Positions 9,145-18,572 of a stretch of 64,000 nucleotides of DNA are shown here, one piece after another (positions within the stretch are counted from its first letter, which is position 1; every line of letters starts with the position of its first letter). The notes under the pieces were generated by a model. That model was not told the origin of the DNA. It searched no databases and was given only the letters and a program-made list of their open reading frames with translations. This stretch comes from a virus (Duplodnaviria > Caudoviricetes): the IMG/VR virus record IMGVR_UViG_3300032334_001433, positions 32,001-96,000 of that record. One strand, written 5' to 3'. The position numbers were made by a program, and so were the translations under genes.

Positions 9145-9876
9145 ATGATAATTCAAAATGTTACTTTTATAAACGGAAGCACATTGAGCCCGTCTTCGAC
9201 AGTGCAAGTATCTGCAATAGGATCTATTGCAAGTACAGTAAGTCCCACGTTAAATGGTACTACTACAACTAGTAGTAATCCATATTCAGGTATAACTGCA
9301 AATAGTTATAATATGAATGGCACGAGTAACTATCTTAGTATACCTGCTAGCTCAAATTGGGCATTTGGTACTGGAGATTTTACTGTGGAATGGTGGCAAT
9401 ATATGACAAGTCAACCTTCAAATCCTCGAGTATTTGCTGTAGGAAATTATCCTTCCACTTCTATCGGTGTCAGTATTGAAGGGGGTGCTTTTTATGTTTG
9501 GGAAGTTAATGGTTATAGATTCAGTTTTTCTCTAACATCTTATTTAAATAATTGGATACATTTTGCAATATCTAGAGTAAATAATTTTACTTCGATATAT
9601 AGGAATGGTACTAGAATAGGAGCATCTTATTCTGATAACAATAATATTACAAATAGTACCACATCTCTCAGTATTGGCCAAGAAAGTACCGCATCATCTA
9701 ACAGTTACTTCCCGGGATACATAACTAGTTTTAGAATATGTAAGGGACTTGGTGTTTATACTGGCAATTTTACTGTGCCTACAAGCCAATTAGGACAAAC
9801 TCAAAGCGCAAATCCATACGGCGGCGCCAACACTTCAGTGATCACAAACCAATGTGTTCTATTATTAAACCCTTAG
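9145..9876 (+). CDS. LamG/concanavalin-A-like putative virion protein
   Basis: FGTGDFTVEWW, WIHFAISR, YITSFRICKG typical of phage LamG domains. Confidence 0.8.
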   Translation: MIIQNVTFINGSTLSPSSTVQVSAIGSIASTVSPTLNGTTTTSSNPYSGITANSYNMNGTSNYLSIPASSNWAFGTGDFTVEWWQYMTSQPSNPRVFAVGNYPSTSIGVSIEGGAFYVWEVNGYRFSFSLTSYLNNWIHFAISRVNNFTSIYRNGTRIGASYSDNNNITNSTTSLSIGQESTASSNSYFPGYITSFRICKGLGVYTGNFTVPTSQLGQTQSANPYGGANTSVITNQCVLLLNP

Positions 9877-9885
9877 GATTTTATT

Positions 9886-10200
9886 ATGGATTTTTTTGAA
9901 ATACTATTAGCAATTGCATTTTTCTTTTTGCTAGTAAATTACATATCAACCACACGCAGAAGAGTGATGTTCATGTATAAAATGCATGAAGCTATGGAAC
10001 AGACCAGGGAACAGATTAGATTATGCTCTATAGAAAAGCACGGAGACATACTCTATCTATGGTCAAAAGATGGAAATACCTTTATTACTCAAGGTAGAAC
10101 ATTGGATGAGATTAGAGCAAATTGTCTAACTTATTTTCCAGAAGATAAGTTTATTATTGAAGATTCGCAAAACTTACTTGAACCCACACCATCAGTGTAG
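9886..10200 (+). CDS. Hypothetical protein with N-terminal TM helix
   Basis: Hydrophobic N-terminus; ORF track. Confidence 0.7.
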   Translation: MDFFEILLAIAFFFLLVNYISTTRRRVMFMYKMHEAMEQTREQIRLCSIEKHGDILYLWSKDGNTFITQGRTLDEIRANCLTYFPEDKFIIEDSQNLLEPTPSV

Positions 10201-10209
10201 ATATAAAGC

Positions 10210-10248
10210 ATACTATCATAAAAGGTAGTATTGTTTTTAATTTTTTTA
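10210..10248. terminator. Hairpin between convergent gene blocks
   Basis: ATACTATC-N6-GGTAGTAT followed by T-rich tract. Confidence 0.45.
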
Positions 10249-10764
10249 TCATGTAAATATCTTTGGTTCTTTACAACCAATTACTTTATCTAAAATATCA
10301 ATAGTGTCCATGATATAACCTTTGTGCATGATGGCAATACCGTTGCCCTTCTCATGCCAATCGACGATGTTTGAATACTTGTCGTCAATTAGGATATCTC
10401 CAGGGCGGCACCATTTCCATTTGTCTGTACTAAAAGGTCCAAAGTTTACTACAAATCCTGGAAAATATTTAGCAACCCAATCTTTTTTATCTTCCATGGC
10501 ATAAGGTACAGTATCTTTTCTTGGGATTGCTGTTAAGAACTCTACATTATACTTCGGAGTGATACCTTTACAGTATCCAACCAAAGTAGTAGCACCTTCC
10601 ATTAAAGGAAGATTGTAGTATAGTCTATACTCGGATGCTATTATTTTCCATTCTTCGGGTGAGATACTTCGGTCTGTCCAAAGTACTGTCCTACCCAGAA
10701 TTTTACTAACGTGTTCACTGAAGCCTGCTACGACTTCATCTAAGTCAATATAAATTGTGTTCAT
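10249..10764 (-). CDS. HAD-family 5'(3')-deoxyribonucleotidase
   Basis: YIDLDEVVAGF (DxD), FLTA, DILIDD, W..GNGIAI. Confidence 0.88.
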   Translation of the reverse strand: MNTIYIDLDEVVAGFSEHVSKILGRTVLWTDRSISPEEWKIIASEYRLYYNLPLMEGATTLVGYCKGITPKYNVEFLTAIPRKDTVPYAMEDKKDWVAKYFPGFVVNFGPFSTDKWKWCRPGDILIDDKYSNIVDWHEKGNGIAIMHKGYIMDTIDILDKVIGCKEPKIFT

Positions 10765-11036
10765 ACTATTCTTCTTAAAGTTCTTACTTGTTCATCTGGC
10801 ATAATACAAACTCTTGCTATAATTTCTTTAGTAAAAGTATTTGGATCATCTCTTAAATTAATCTCAATCAAATTATTATCCAACATATAAAGCGCAATCT
10901 GGTTGGCAATATTTCGTTGTATAGCTCTTTTTAAATCTGAATCACTATTTGCTCTTACAATTGTGTGATGAGAAAGTTGTTCTCTGTAAACAACAAGTTT
11001 GCCCCCAACTGGAACATCTACTATTTTTATATTCAT
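10761..11036 (-). CDS. Hypothetical protein
   Basis: ORF in a tightly packed minus-strand operon. Confidence 0.65.
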   Translation of the reverse strand: MNIKIVDVPVGGKLVVYREQLSHHTIVRANSDSDLKRAIQRNIANQIALYMLDNNLIEINLRDDPNTFTKEIIARVCIMPDEQVRTLRRIV

Positions 11037-11037
11037 A

Positions 11038-11193
11038 TTAATTCAATGGATCATTTGAATGATAATACATAAACAATTTTAGATAGTAATCAAATTGCGC
11101 AGGATAATGTACGGGAGAAGGTATCTTATCGCCAAACACTTCCTTCATCTTTTTAGCAATAAGTTGCAATTGTTCCTCAGTTACATTATCCAT
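11038..11193 (-). CDS. Hypothetical protein, 51 aa (not in ORF track)
   Basis: Manual translation MDNVTEEQLQLIAKKMKEVFGDKIPSPVHYPAQFDYYLKLF... Confidence 0.6.
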   Translation of the reverse strand: MDNVTEEQLQLIAKKMKEVFGDKIPSPVHYPAQFDYYLKLFMYYHSNDPLN

Positions 11194-11407
11194 GTATTCT
11201 CATTATCCTATTATAATTTTTTCTACTCTCTTCTAGATTAAAAGAAGATTCTACATTGGTTATTTCTTTTAATACGGGGTGCAGTAATTTGGCATTCAAT
11301 CTTTTAGACATTGTTTCAATAACAACATTCGCATCTTTACCTGCTCTAATTTCTTTTAGAGCTTTGTCTAATTCTTTAGATTGTACTTGCTCTATCCAGC
11401 CACTCAT
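11186..11407 (-). CDS. Stand-alone glutamyl-tRNA reductase dimerisation-domain-like protein
   Basis: ELDKALKEIRAGKDANVVIETMSKRLNAKLLHP resembles the HemA C-terminal domain. Confidence 0.6.
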   Translation of the reverse strand: MSGWIEQVQSKELDKALKEIRAGKDANVVIETMSKRLNAKLLHPVLKEITNVESSFNLEESRKNYNRIMRIHG

Positions 11408-11863
11408 TTAAAGTAACGGTTAATAGTCAGTAGCTTTGTCTCGCATTGTGCCATTGCTTCTAATTCTTTATAGAATGCGCCCATAATATCCGCAGAAGCA
11501 TTGCCTAAAGGATGGCTGATTACAATCTCAGCATTTAGCCGATGACTTTCCAATTCAGCTTCAAGCCTACGTTTTGTTGTAGCAACAATATCATTTCTAA
11601 AATCCATAGTATTCCTAGTATTCTTCTAATCGACGTTTAATGTCTTTGTGTTTAACTACGATAATGTTTCTAACGACACCATCGTTTTTGATAGGTAGAT
11701 CAAGATGTATTGTTACTTCAGGTCCATCATTTTCATTGACAAATCTATCATTGCCTACACTACCGATGAAAGGTATCTTGTTATAATAACCAAATACTCT
11801 ATCACCGATATCGTAAGTATGCTTATATGCCTTAGCTTCAAAATAATTTGTCTGCCAGCCCAT
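11404..11863 (-). CDS. Two small hypothetical proteins (11404-11607, 11615-11863)
   Basis: Abutting ORFs with phage-like composition. Confidence 0.65.
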
Positions 11864-12362
11864 CTTTAGCTCTCCAAATAGAGATTGATTCCGTCAATGC
11901 CTGCTCAACAAATTCATTGAATGTAATATCCAACTTATGTGCAGCCTTCATCATAAACAGTAACTCGTCATCTGGAATATTAACAGACATTAGTACTCGT
12001 GTATCATAATCTAGACCATGAATAATAGCGTTTGCTTTTTCTGCAAAGTCTTCGTATAAATCAAGATCGATAAACTTTACATCATCATACGCAGCATCTT
12101 CAATGCCTCGAGTTTTGCATTCATCAAAGTATGCATCTTTAAATTTTTCATTAAAGATACGATATGAACGTCTATTAATAAAATCATGCGCTTCCATGAC
12201 AAATACGGTTTGATCTTCAGTATCATACATGACAGATACTTCATATTGTTCGAGCGCGCTGCTAGTTAGACTATATGCATTGTCGCCGAAGCAACGCCAC
12301 ATATAATTCGACCCTTCTCCAATCTTATATTCAACCAACTCAAAGTAATCTTGTAGTGTCAT
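11838..12362 (-). CDS. Conserved phage hypothetical protein
   Basis: 174-aa ORF, AGGA upstream. Confidence 0.75.
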   Translation of the reverse strand: MTLQDYFELVEYKIGEGSNYMWRCFGDNAYSLTSSALEQYEVSVMYDTEDQTVFVMEAHDFINRRSYRIFNEKFKDAYFDECKTRGIEDAAYDDVKFIDLDLYEDFAEKANAIIHGLDYDTRVLMSVNIPDDELLFMMKAAHKLDITFNEFVEQALTESISIWRAKDGLADKLF

Positions 12363-12370
12363 AATATATC

Positions 12371-12785
12371 CTATTTGTTATTTAGCAAATCCTGCATATC
12401 TTTAAGCAATGGACGCATTTCATCCTTCACATTGGCCTCAACCATTCTTGCGAATAATTGCACTGCATCATAATCAAATGATGTTCCGTCACACGCTAAT
12501 CCAGCTTGTATTGCCATTTCATCAATTTTCTCGTTCGTCATCTATTTCCTCATCTATAATCTCAGCATCTTCTAACTTAACTATATTAAGGTACCCGGCT
12601 GGCTCTCTGCTCATGTAACAATCATCGTACTCCCGTACATAAGGAACTACTTCACCTACAAGTTTACTGTACCACATTAAAGAATCCGAGCATTTAAGAA
12701 TCTTTAATGATCGTTTAATTACTGGTAGTTTGAGAGTAGGGGCTTCCATATCTTCAATCTGAGTTTTGCGCCAGCCTTGTGCCAT
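12371..12785 (-). CDS. Two small hypothetical proteins (12371-12541 manual, 12522-12785)
   Basis: 12371-12541 reads MTNEKIDEMAIQAGLAC...; overlapping stop/start packing. Confidence 0.6.
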
Positions 12786-12789
12786 AATA

Positions 12790-13014
12790 TTAGAAACTTA
12801 AAATAGATTTTTTCTGATTAAGCATTGAAACAACTTTGTCAAGTGGTTCAGTTACTTCCCATGTACCGTGTGGAGGACAGAAGATAAAGGTGCGGAGTTC
12901 CGTCACTTCATCTACAGTTACCTCACTAGAGTGAATGGTAGCAATCAAATCTGAATTGATTGCGATTTTGTTTCCGCGATGCGCAGCGGTTGCGTTTGTC
13001 AAAGTAATATACAT
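12790..13014 (-). CDS. Small beta-rich hypothetical protein (FlbD-like)
   Basis: MYITLTN...KIAINSDLIATI pattern; likely start 13014. Confidence 0.5.
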   Translation of the reverse strand: MYITLTNATAAHRGNKIAINSDLIATIHSSEVTVDEVTELRTFIFCPPHGTWEVTEPLDKVVSMLNQKKSILSF

Positions 13015-13015
13015 T

Positions 13016-13363
13016 TTATTCCCAAGTTCTATGTGTTTCTGTAATGTGTTCACACCCGTCGTATTCTTCAATATACCATTCTACGTCATCGGGTATTTCC
13101 ACAACTTTTAAATCGGCATAAGCTCCGCTGGCCATATGTTTCAACTCCTCGACAACTTGTACAAGATACTTGTCGTCACGATCAAGATTGCCTTCATAGA
13201 AAAAGTGAGTATTATCTACACGACCTTCTTCATAGAAAAAAGATGCCCCATTTTTAGTTTCAGTCTTAACGAGATTCAACCCAGCAAGCTCACCATACCG
13301 AACTACAGCATCATCGGATAACCCGAATCCGCCATAGCATTTATTTATAACGATTTTTTTCAT
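13016..13363 (-). CDS. Widespread phage hypothetical protein
   Basis: VINKCYGGFGLS...RDDKYLVQVVEEL...LKVVEIPDDVEWYIEEYDG. Confidence 0.75.
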   Translation of the reverse strand: MKKIVINKCYGGFGLSDDAVVRYGELAGLNLVKTETKNGASFFYEEGRVDNTHFFYEGNLDRDDKYLVQVVEELKHMASGAYADLKVVEIPDDVEWYIEEYDGCEHITETHRTWE

Positions 13364-13945
13364 ACTATTTTACCTAACACTTTGTAGATTAATTTATCCA
13401 ACTCTGTTTGGTAATCGTTGTTACCCATTCGACGCTTCATCCAGATTTTTTCAAGCAATTCCTTTGGACCCTCAGGAAGATCATCTGGCATTGCGTCTCG
13501 AGATTCAAGCTCATCAATTAGATCCTGAGTATCAAAATCAGATAAGTCAACTTCTACTTCTGTAGTAACGTAAGCCATTATACAATCTCCTCAACAATTC
13601 CAAGAATTTCTGCTAAAATCAGCAACCAGCCTGTCAAGACAAATGACCCCATAATAAGAGCAGTCCCTGCTCCAATTCGTACAGCGCTCTTTACAATGCT
13701 AACATAAAAATGTCCCTTGCTTGTATCTTTAGGTTGAATTTCAATCTTATCAAAATCAATCATAGCATTTGCCTATTTAGTTTAGATTCTAGAAATGCAA
13801 TGCGACGCTCAATTGACGCATTCGCCTCATCGTCAAGTTCTCCTCGGATCTCGCACAAATGAACAAGCTCATTCATAATAGATTCGTTAGTTTCGTCTAC
13901 TTCACGTAGCTCGATTTGTTTATTCTGTTTCATCATCTGCTCCAA
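13360..13945 (-). CDS. Three small hypothetical proteins (13360-13578, 13578-13763, 13760-13945)
   Basis: Overlapping stop/start junctions; the middle ORF has two TM helices. Confidence 0.65.
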
Positions 13946-14240
13946 GTTTAATGGTTACGCTTGTGACACTATCATATCGAAAGCTGCGCCAAGCATTAGC
14001 TTCCAAATCATAAACTGCAAGTGTTTCTTCGCTCACCTTGCGTGTATTTTCTTTTTTGTTTTCTTCAATTGCTAGTCCGGGAACCAGCGTAGGATCCAAT
14101 GTGCAAAGCATTTTACGCTCTGTTCCATCTTTCTTAATGAACTCTACAGTTGAAGAGCCATGCTTCAAGATAGATTTAATCCAAATCTTGAATGCAATAT
14201 AGTCTTCGTCAGACAATTTTTTTTCTAAAGTATCAGTCAC
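13920..14240 (-). CDS. WYL_2/Sm-like domain protein
   Basis: VEFIKKDGTERKMLCTL...VYDLEANAWRSFRYDSV; GTG start with GGAG. Confidence 0.75.
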   Translation of the reverse strand: MTDTLEKKLSDEDYIAFKIWIKSILKHGSSTVEFIKKDGTERKMLCTLDPTLVPGLAIEENKKENTRKVSEETLAVYDLEANAWRSFRYDSVTSVTIKLGADDETE

Positions 14241-14261
14241 ATGATCTCCATTAATTTATCC

Positions 14262-14298
14262 TATATTGTAGCACACTTTACTCTGCTTGTCAAGCAAT
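14262..14298 (-). promoter_or_regulatory. Early sigma70-type promoter
   Basis: Minus strand TTGACA-17-TACAAT with the GCTTGACA/GTGC context of the cassette family. Confidence 0.75.
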
Positions 14299-14317
14299 TT
14301 TTATCCATTTGATAAAC

Positions 14318-14623
14318 TTATTGTGTATTCAAAACTGGCGAATACTCGGCAATCAGCGCTCGCTCTAAATTATGAGCAGGAGTCTTGCCACGAACAATCG
14401 CTAACTCTTGTGCTAGAAATGATTCAGCGCCAAACTCTCTGATTGCTTTACATAATGCCCAAGAACGATTCTCAGTACGAGCTCGTTGAATGTGCTTCAA
14501 TATACGAACACGTAAATCTTTCTTTCGAGATCCCTGCGTGATGCCAATGTAGAAATCACCAGTAACAGCATTTGTGATACTGTATACTATATGCTTTCGG
14601 TCAGAACGTTTCTTTCTCATCAT
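14318..14623 (-). CDS. Minimal GIY-YIG nuclease, probably leaderless
   Basis: IVYSITN...FYIGIT, R..KH, LERALI..YSPVLN; ATG 14623 lies 6 nt after TATAAT. Confidence 0.75.
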   Translation of the reverse strand: MMRKKRSDRKHIVYSITNAVTGDFYIGITQGSRKKDLRVRILKHIQRARTENRSWALCKAIREFGAESFLAQELAIVRGKTPAHNLERALIAEYSPVLNTQ

Positions 14624-14629
14624 GTCGTT

Positions 14630-14733
14630 ATTATAGCACCTTTTGTCCATTGTGTCAAGCATTTTTTAGTACCCATATGAGCAAAAGGGTCTTTCAAAAA
14701 ATGCTTGACAAGAGCATCGAAAGGTGCTAAAAT
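14630..14733. promoter_or_regulatory. Divergent early promoter pair around ACCC-N12-GGGT inverted repeat
   Basis: Minus TTGACA(14658-53)-17-TATAAT; plus TTGACA(14705)-17-TAAAAT(14728); IR 14671-14690. Confidence 0.85.
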
Positions 14734-14761
14734 AGAGGCTTAATTAATTAGAAAGTGTCTT

Positions 14762-15258
14762 ATGCGTAGAAAAGAAATTATCAAAGGCCTAAAGAACTCT
14801 ACTCGTTTTCGAGTGATGCTTAATGGCATTGGTCTTTATATGAGTATCAGCGACACTGAGAAGTGTTTCGCTACAAGTTCGCACAGAGTGGCGACACAAG
14901 TTGCGCTGCAGCAATTAGTTAAAGAGAAGACTACTGGTCTTGGCACCACAGTTAAAGTTTACAACGACAAGTTACAATCCGAATCAATTCAAGTACAGGT
15001 GGATATACTACAATGACAAATACAGATTACGATCTCGACGAATTCGTTAACAATAGCGGAACTAATGTCGATTTTACTAAGTATGAAGACGATGCAAGCA
15101 CAATCGATATGTTTGAACGACTTCCAGCAATGTTCGCAGCGAAATTCAAATGGGATACTTTGAATGAAGATGCAGACCCAGTACTGGTATGGGAGCTTAA
15201 TGGGCAACCCGTAGCATGGTACGATTGCGAAAGATTCGTAGGATATATAAAAGCATAA
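14762..15258 (+). CDS. Two early hypothetical proteins (14762-15016, 15013-15258)
   Basis: Directly downstream of early promoter. Confidence 0.7.
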
Positions 15259-15405
15259 AACGGAAAAACCCGTAATTTAAGGGTACTAACCTATTGATTT
15301 TATTGTGGAATCTGACACACGAAATCGTAAAAATGCTAAAGTACCCTTAAATAGACGTTTTACTTGACAATATACCTATATACCCTTTTCAATGAAAATC
15401 TTACA

Positions 15406-15497
15406 GTATCCGACTCTTTTGCTCGGATACTTACTTTTTGCTTGACACGATGACCAAAAAGTGCTATAATTGAGGCTTAAACAGTAAGGAACACGAA
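15406..15497 (+). repeat. Early promoter cassette
   Basis: IR GTATCCGA/TCGGATAC, TTGACA 15442, TATAAT 15465, GAGGCTTAAACAGTAAGGAAC leader. Confidence 0.9.
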
Positions 15498-17472
15498 ATG
15501 GCAAAGCTCTTAATTTCTACTCAGATTCACGAAAACTATGGCGCCCATGATTGGGACGGCGTAGGTGAATGCCCGCAATACTGGAAAGCCAAGGGCGGCA
15601 GTGATTATGTCGTTAAGAAGTTTAAAGGCGATGCTACTATGGCTATCATGGGTCTGCGTTCGCAAATTGAATGCGATGACGAGTACTATCGCGAATCCAT
15701 TATTGATTGGAAAATCGTTCCTAACGATTATATGACCGAGTTTGAAAAAGATCAGCTCGACTATATGGGTAAGATTCAGTTCGCTCCTAAAGAACTCGTT
15801 TGGTAATATATATTATATGTCCTACACAGTATTCAAAAATTCTAAAGAATTCGGACCTCGTAAAGGTCTTGAAGGTCCTTTCCATTATCGAAATGGCAGA
15901 GTTCTATATTACGATCCTAAAGAAGGAAAGTATTATGATCCTTTGACAGATTTCTATGTAGAATATGAAGAAGTTAAAGACTTATAAACTAACCAATAAT
16001 AAAATCTATGCATCAATACTTTTCATATTTGTATTGTATGTCACAGTATCCGTATTTGCTTTGGGATTGTTGGATTACCTGCTCTACGCAAAATGAAACA
16101 CATACTAGTAAACGCAGTTAGAGAAATGCTAGAACGTCATTGGGACGTCTATGAGATTGCAGCAAAGCTGAATTTAGATGTTAACCTAGTTCAGCAAATA
16201 ATTGACCTGTTAACCTAAAAGGAATTTTTGTTATGGAAAAACCAGTAGTCCAATATGTCGGAGAAGCCAAGGTATATGTTTGGCCTTATTCTCCAGAAGA
16301 CAAACCAGTCTATGTCGCCCGCATACCTTTGGCTTTAAATCATCCAACACTAGGCAAATGCCCCGATATTAGAACATCTCGAATTGTCAAACAACCAGAT
16401 GAGTCTGGTCGATTTGAAACCCTCAACACAATATATGAAAAAGTAGAAAGTGAAGATAATCATGGAAATGAATGAATATGTAAAAGAGCTCGAGGCTCAA
16501 GTTGACCCAACCTTTGTTGAAAAGATTAAAGATTGGCCAGTAGAAACAAAACTCTATATGTACTTGCACAATATTCAATTGGCAATGATGAAAGAGTTTA
16601 AAGAAAATCAAGTTGTATTTCCTAAAGTACCAGCTAAAGACTTTATGCAATGGCGTATGCCAAAGATTGAATATCTAGGTTATCCTACTCCAGGTACTAC
16701 AACTTATGAATACAAGCAAGGTTGATAAACTCTATAAGATTGCAATGGTTCAAGACGGTATAGAGTCTGAAAGAGATCTTATACACGCATTCGCCGAGTT
16801 GATTGTTCGAGAATGTGCTGATATTGCTGCCGATCATGATGGGTTGGATATTTACGAAGAAATTAGAGAACATTTCGGAGTTCAAGAATGAAAATAACAG
16901 AAGTGCAAGCACATAACACTCGTATTCATAATGAAGTCGTTAGAACAGAACGAATTCATAATGAACAACTAAACAAGCATCGTCTTGAGAAATTGCGTCA
17001 AGTTGATACTGAGGAAAAACGTATTGAAGCAAATCGGCGCATGAATCGCGCTGGTCAAAATATAGATAGGATGGCATAATGATAAAATATATTGCATTAT
17101 TCTTGGCAATAATAACCGCATTTCAAATGTATCAATTTTGGGATTCGGCATTATTTGATGTATGGTGTGTTGGATTCACAGGTTGGCTTAATGTATTTAT
17201 CTATGAGTTAGAAAAAGAAAAGAAAAACATTGCGAATGTCGCATAAAGATATTATTTGGATTGTTGCCGGAAATCGAGAGGAATTTCATTCGTATGTACG
17301 TCGCAAAATGCCATTAGGACATGATCCAAATAATTATAAGTTTGTATATTCTGTCGATCAATTGCGTGGATTAAATAGTATCAAAGGTTTCTATATTGGA
17401 AACTACAAATCAAGAAAAGATATTAATATTATTCAAGCAATTATTAATGTAATTAAACTTTCAGAAACTTAA
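15498..17472 (+). CDS. Cluster of small early hypothetical genes (15498-15806, 15817-15987, 15965-16096, 16093-16218, 16233-16475, 16450-16725, 16706-16891, 16888-17079, 17079-17246, 17236-17472)
   Basis: Abutting/overlapping short ORFs on the promoter strand; several translated manually. Confidence 0.65.
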
Positions 17473-17596
17473 CATCTTTTCCCTTCCTTGTCAACCTTTT
17501 TATAGTACCCGAGTCTTTTGCTCGGGTACTTCACTTTGTGCTTGACACTCTGCTCAAAAGGTGCTATAATTGAGGCTTAAACAGCAACAGGAGTAG
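17471..17596 (+). repeat. Early promoter cassette with upstream antisense promoter
   Basis: 10-bp IR AGTACCCGAG/CTCGGGTACT 17504-17530, TTGACA 17542, TATAAT 17565. Confidence 0.9.
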
Positions 17597-17983
17597 ATGA
17601 TGCGTGAACAGACAACGAAACTTCTAGATATGATGGCCGAGGGATTGATCTCTGCAGAAGCAGTTGCAGATATGTGTCTTGCCTATATGAGTGAAGACGA
17701 TGTGGCAGATATGATGCGGTCCAACGACATTGTTGACTATGATGAAGATGATGGTCAGCCCGACGAAGCCCAGGAATGGGAATCGTTTGACCCAGATTGC
17801 TAATAGAAAGGATAATATATGTGGATAGTACAAGTTTACGATACAGTTGAAGCAACATTCAAGTATGAGGAATTTCGCAATCGCAAGGCTGCAGAATCCT
17901 ACGCTGAAGATTTTGAAATTATCGCTAGTCTGTATGGACAGGCTGGACGCTATACAAAGATATCAGTTCAGTACATGAGTTAA
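17597..17983 (+). CDS. Two early hypothetical proteins (17597-17803, 17819-17983)
   Basis: GGAG/AAGG ribosome sites; second ORF translated manually. Confidence 0.65.
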
Positions 17984-18062
17984 CCCTTCGGAGCAAAGGG
18001 TCTTTGCTTGACATTTGACTCCAACGGTGCTATAATAGAGACATAAACAGTAAGGAACTTAT
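17983..18062 (+). repeat. Early promoter cassette
   Basis: ACCC-N11-GGGT, TTGACA 18008, TATAAT 18031, AAACAGTAAGGAACTTATATG. Confidence 0.9.
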
Positions 18063-18482
18063 ATGACACGAGAAGAAGCTAGAATCGCACAAGAACAAGC
18101 AGTTGCAGAATTCTTGGCAAAAGGTGGAATGGTTGAGGTGTTGAAGGGTCGGAAGAATCCGAAACCCGTTAGTGCCCGAGGCAAATTCAATTCTGGAATG
18201 AAAATTCGAATGGACCCAACGGCCCGTTTCCCTAGCAAAACTTACGCTTAAGGATTTTATATGATTGCAGAACAGACACAATACGATACTCGACATGGCG
18301 GACCCTTTGACCGGGGCAGTGCAGATTCCTATTACAATCGAGAATATTCTCCGCATTACTACACAGGTGATACCTACAATAGCAATCGGATTGATTTGAA
18401 AGATATGACTGCGGCTGAGATTACAGCATACACCGCAGGATACAATGAGAACGAAGAATCGAGCAACAAGAAAGCTTGGTAG
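18063..18482 (+). CDS. Two early hypothetical proteins (18063-18251, 18261-18482)
   Basis: Second ORF carries HGGPFDRGSADSYY, a motif common in phage early proteins. Confidence 0.7.
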
Positions 18483-18572
18483 TACCCAAGCAATCCGTAG
18501 GGTCTCTTTCTGAATGCTTGACAAGATGACCAAAAGGTGCTATAATTGAGGCTTAAACAGTAAGGAACTTAT
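18481..18572 (+). repeat. Early promoter cassette
   Basis: ACCC-N12-GGGT, TTGACA 18518, TATAAT 18541, same leader. Confidence 0.9.
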
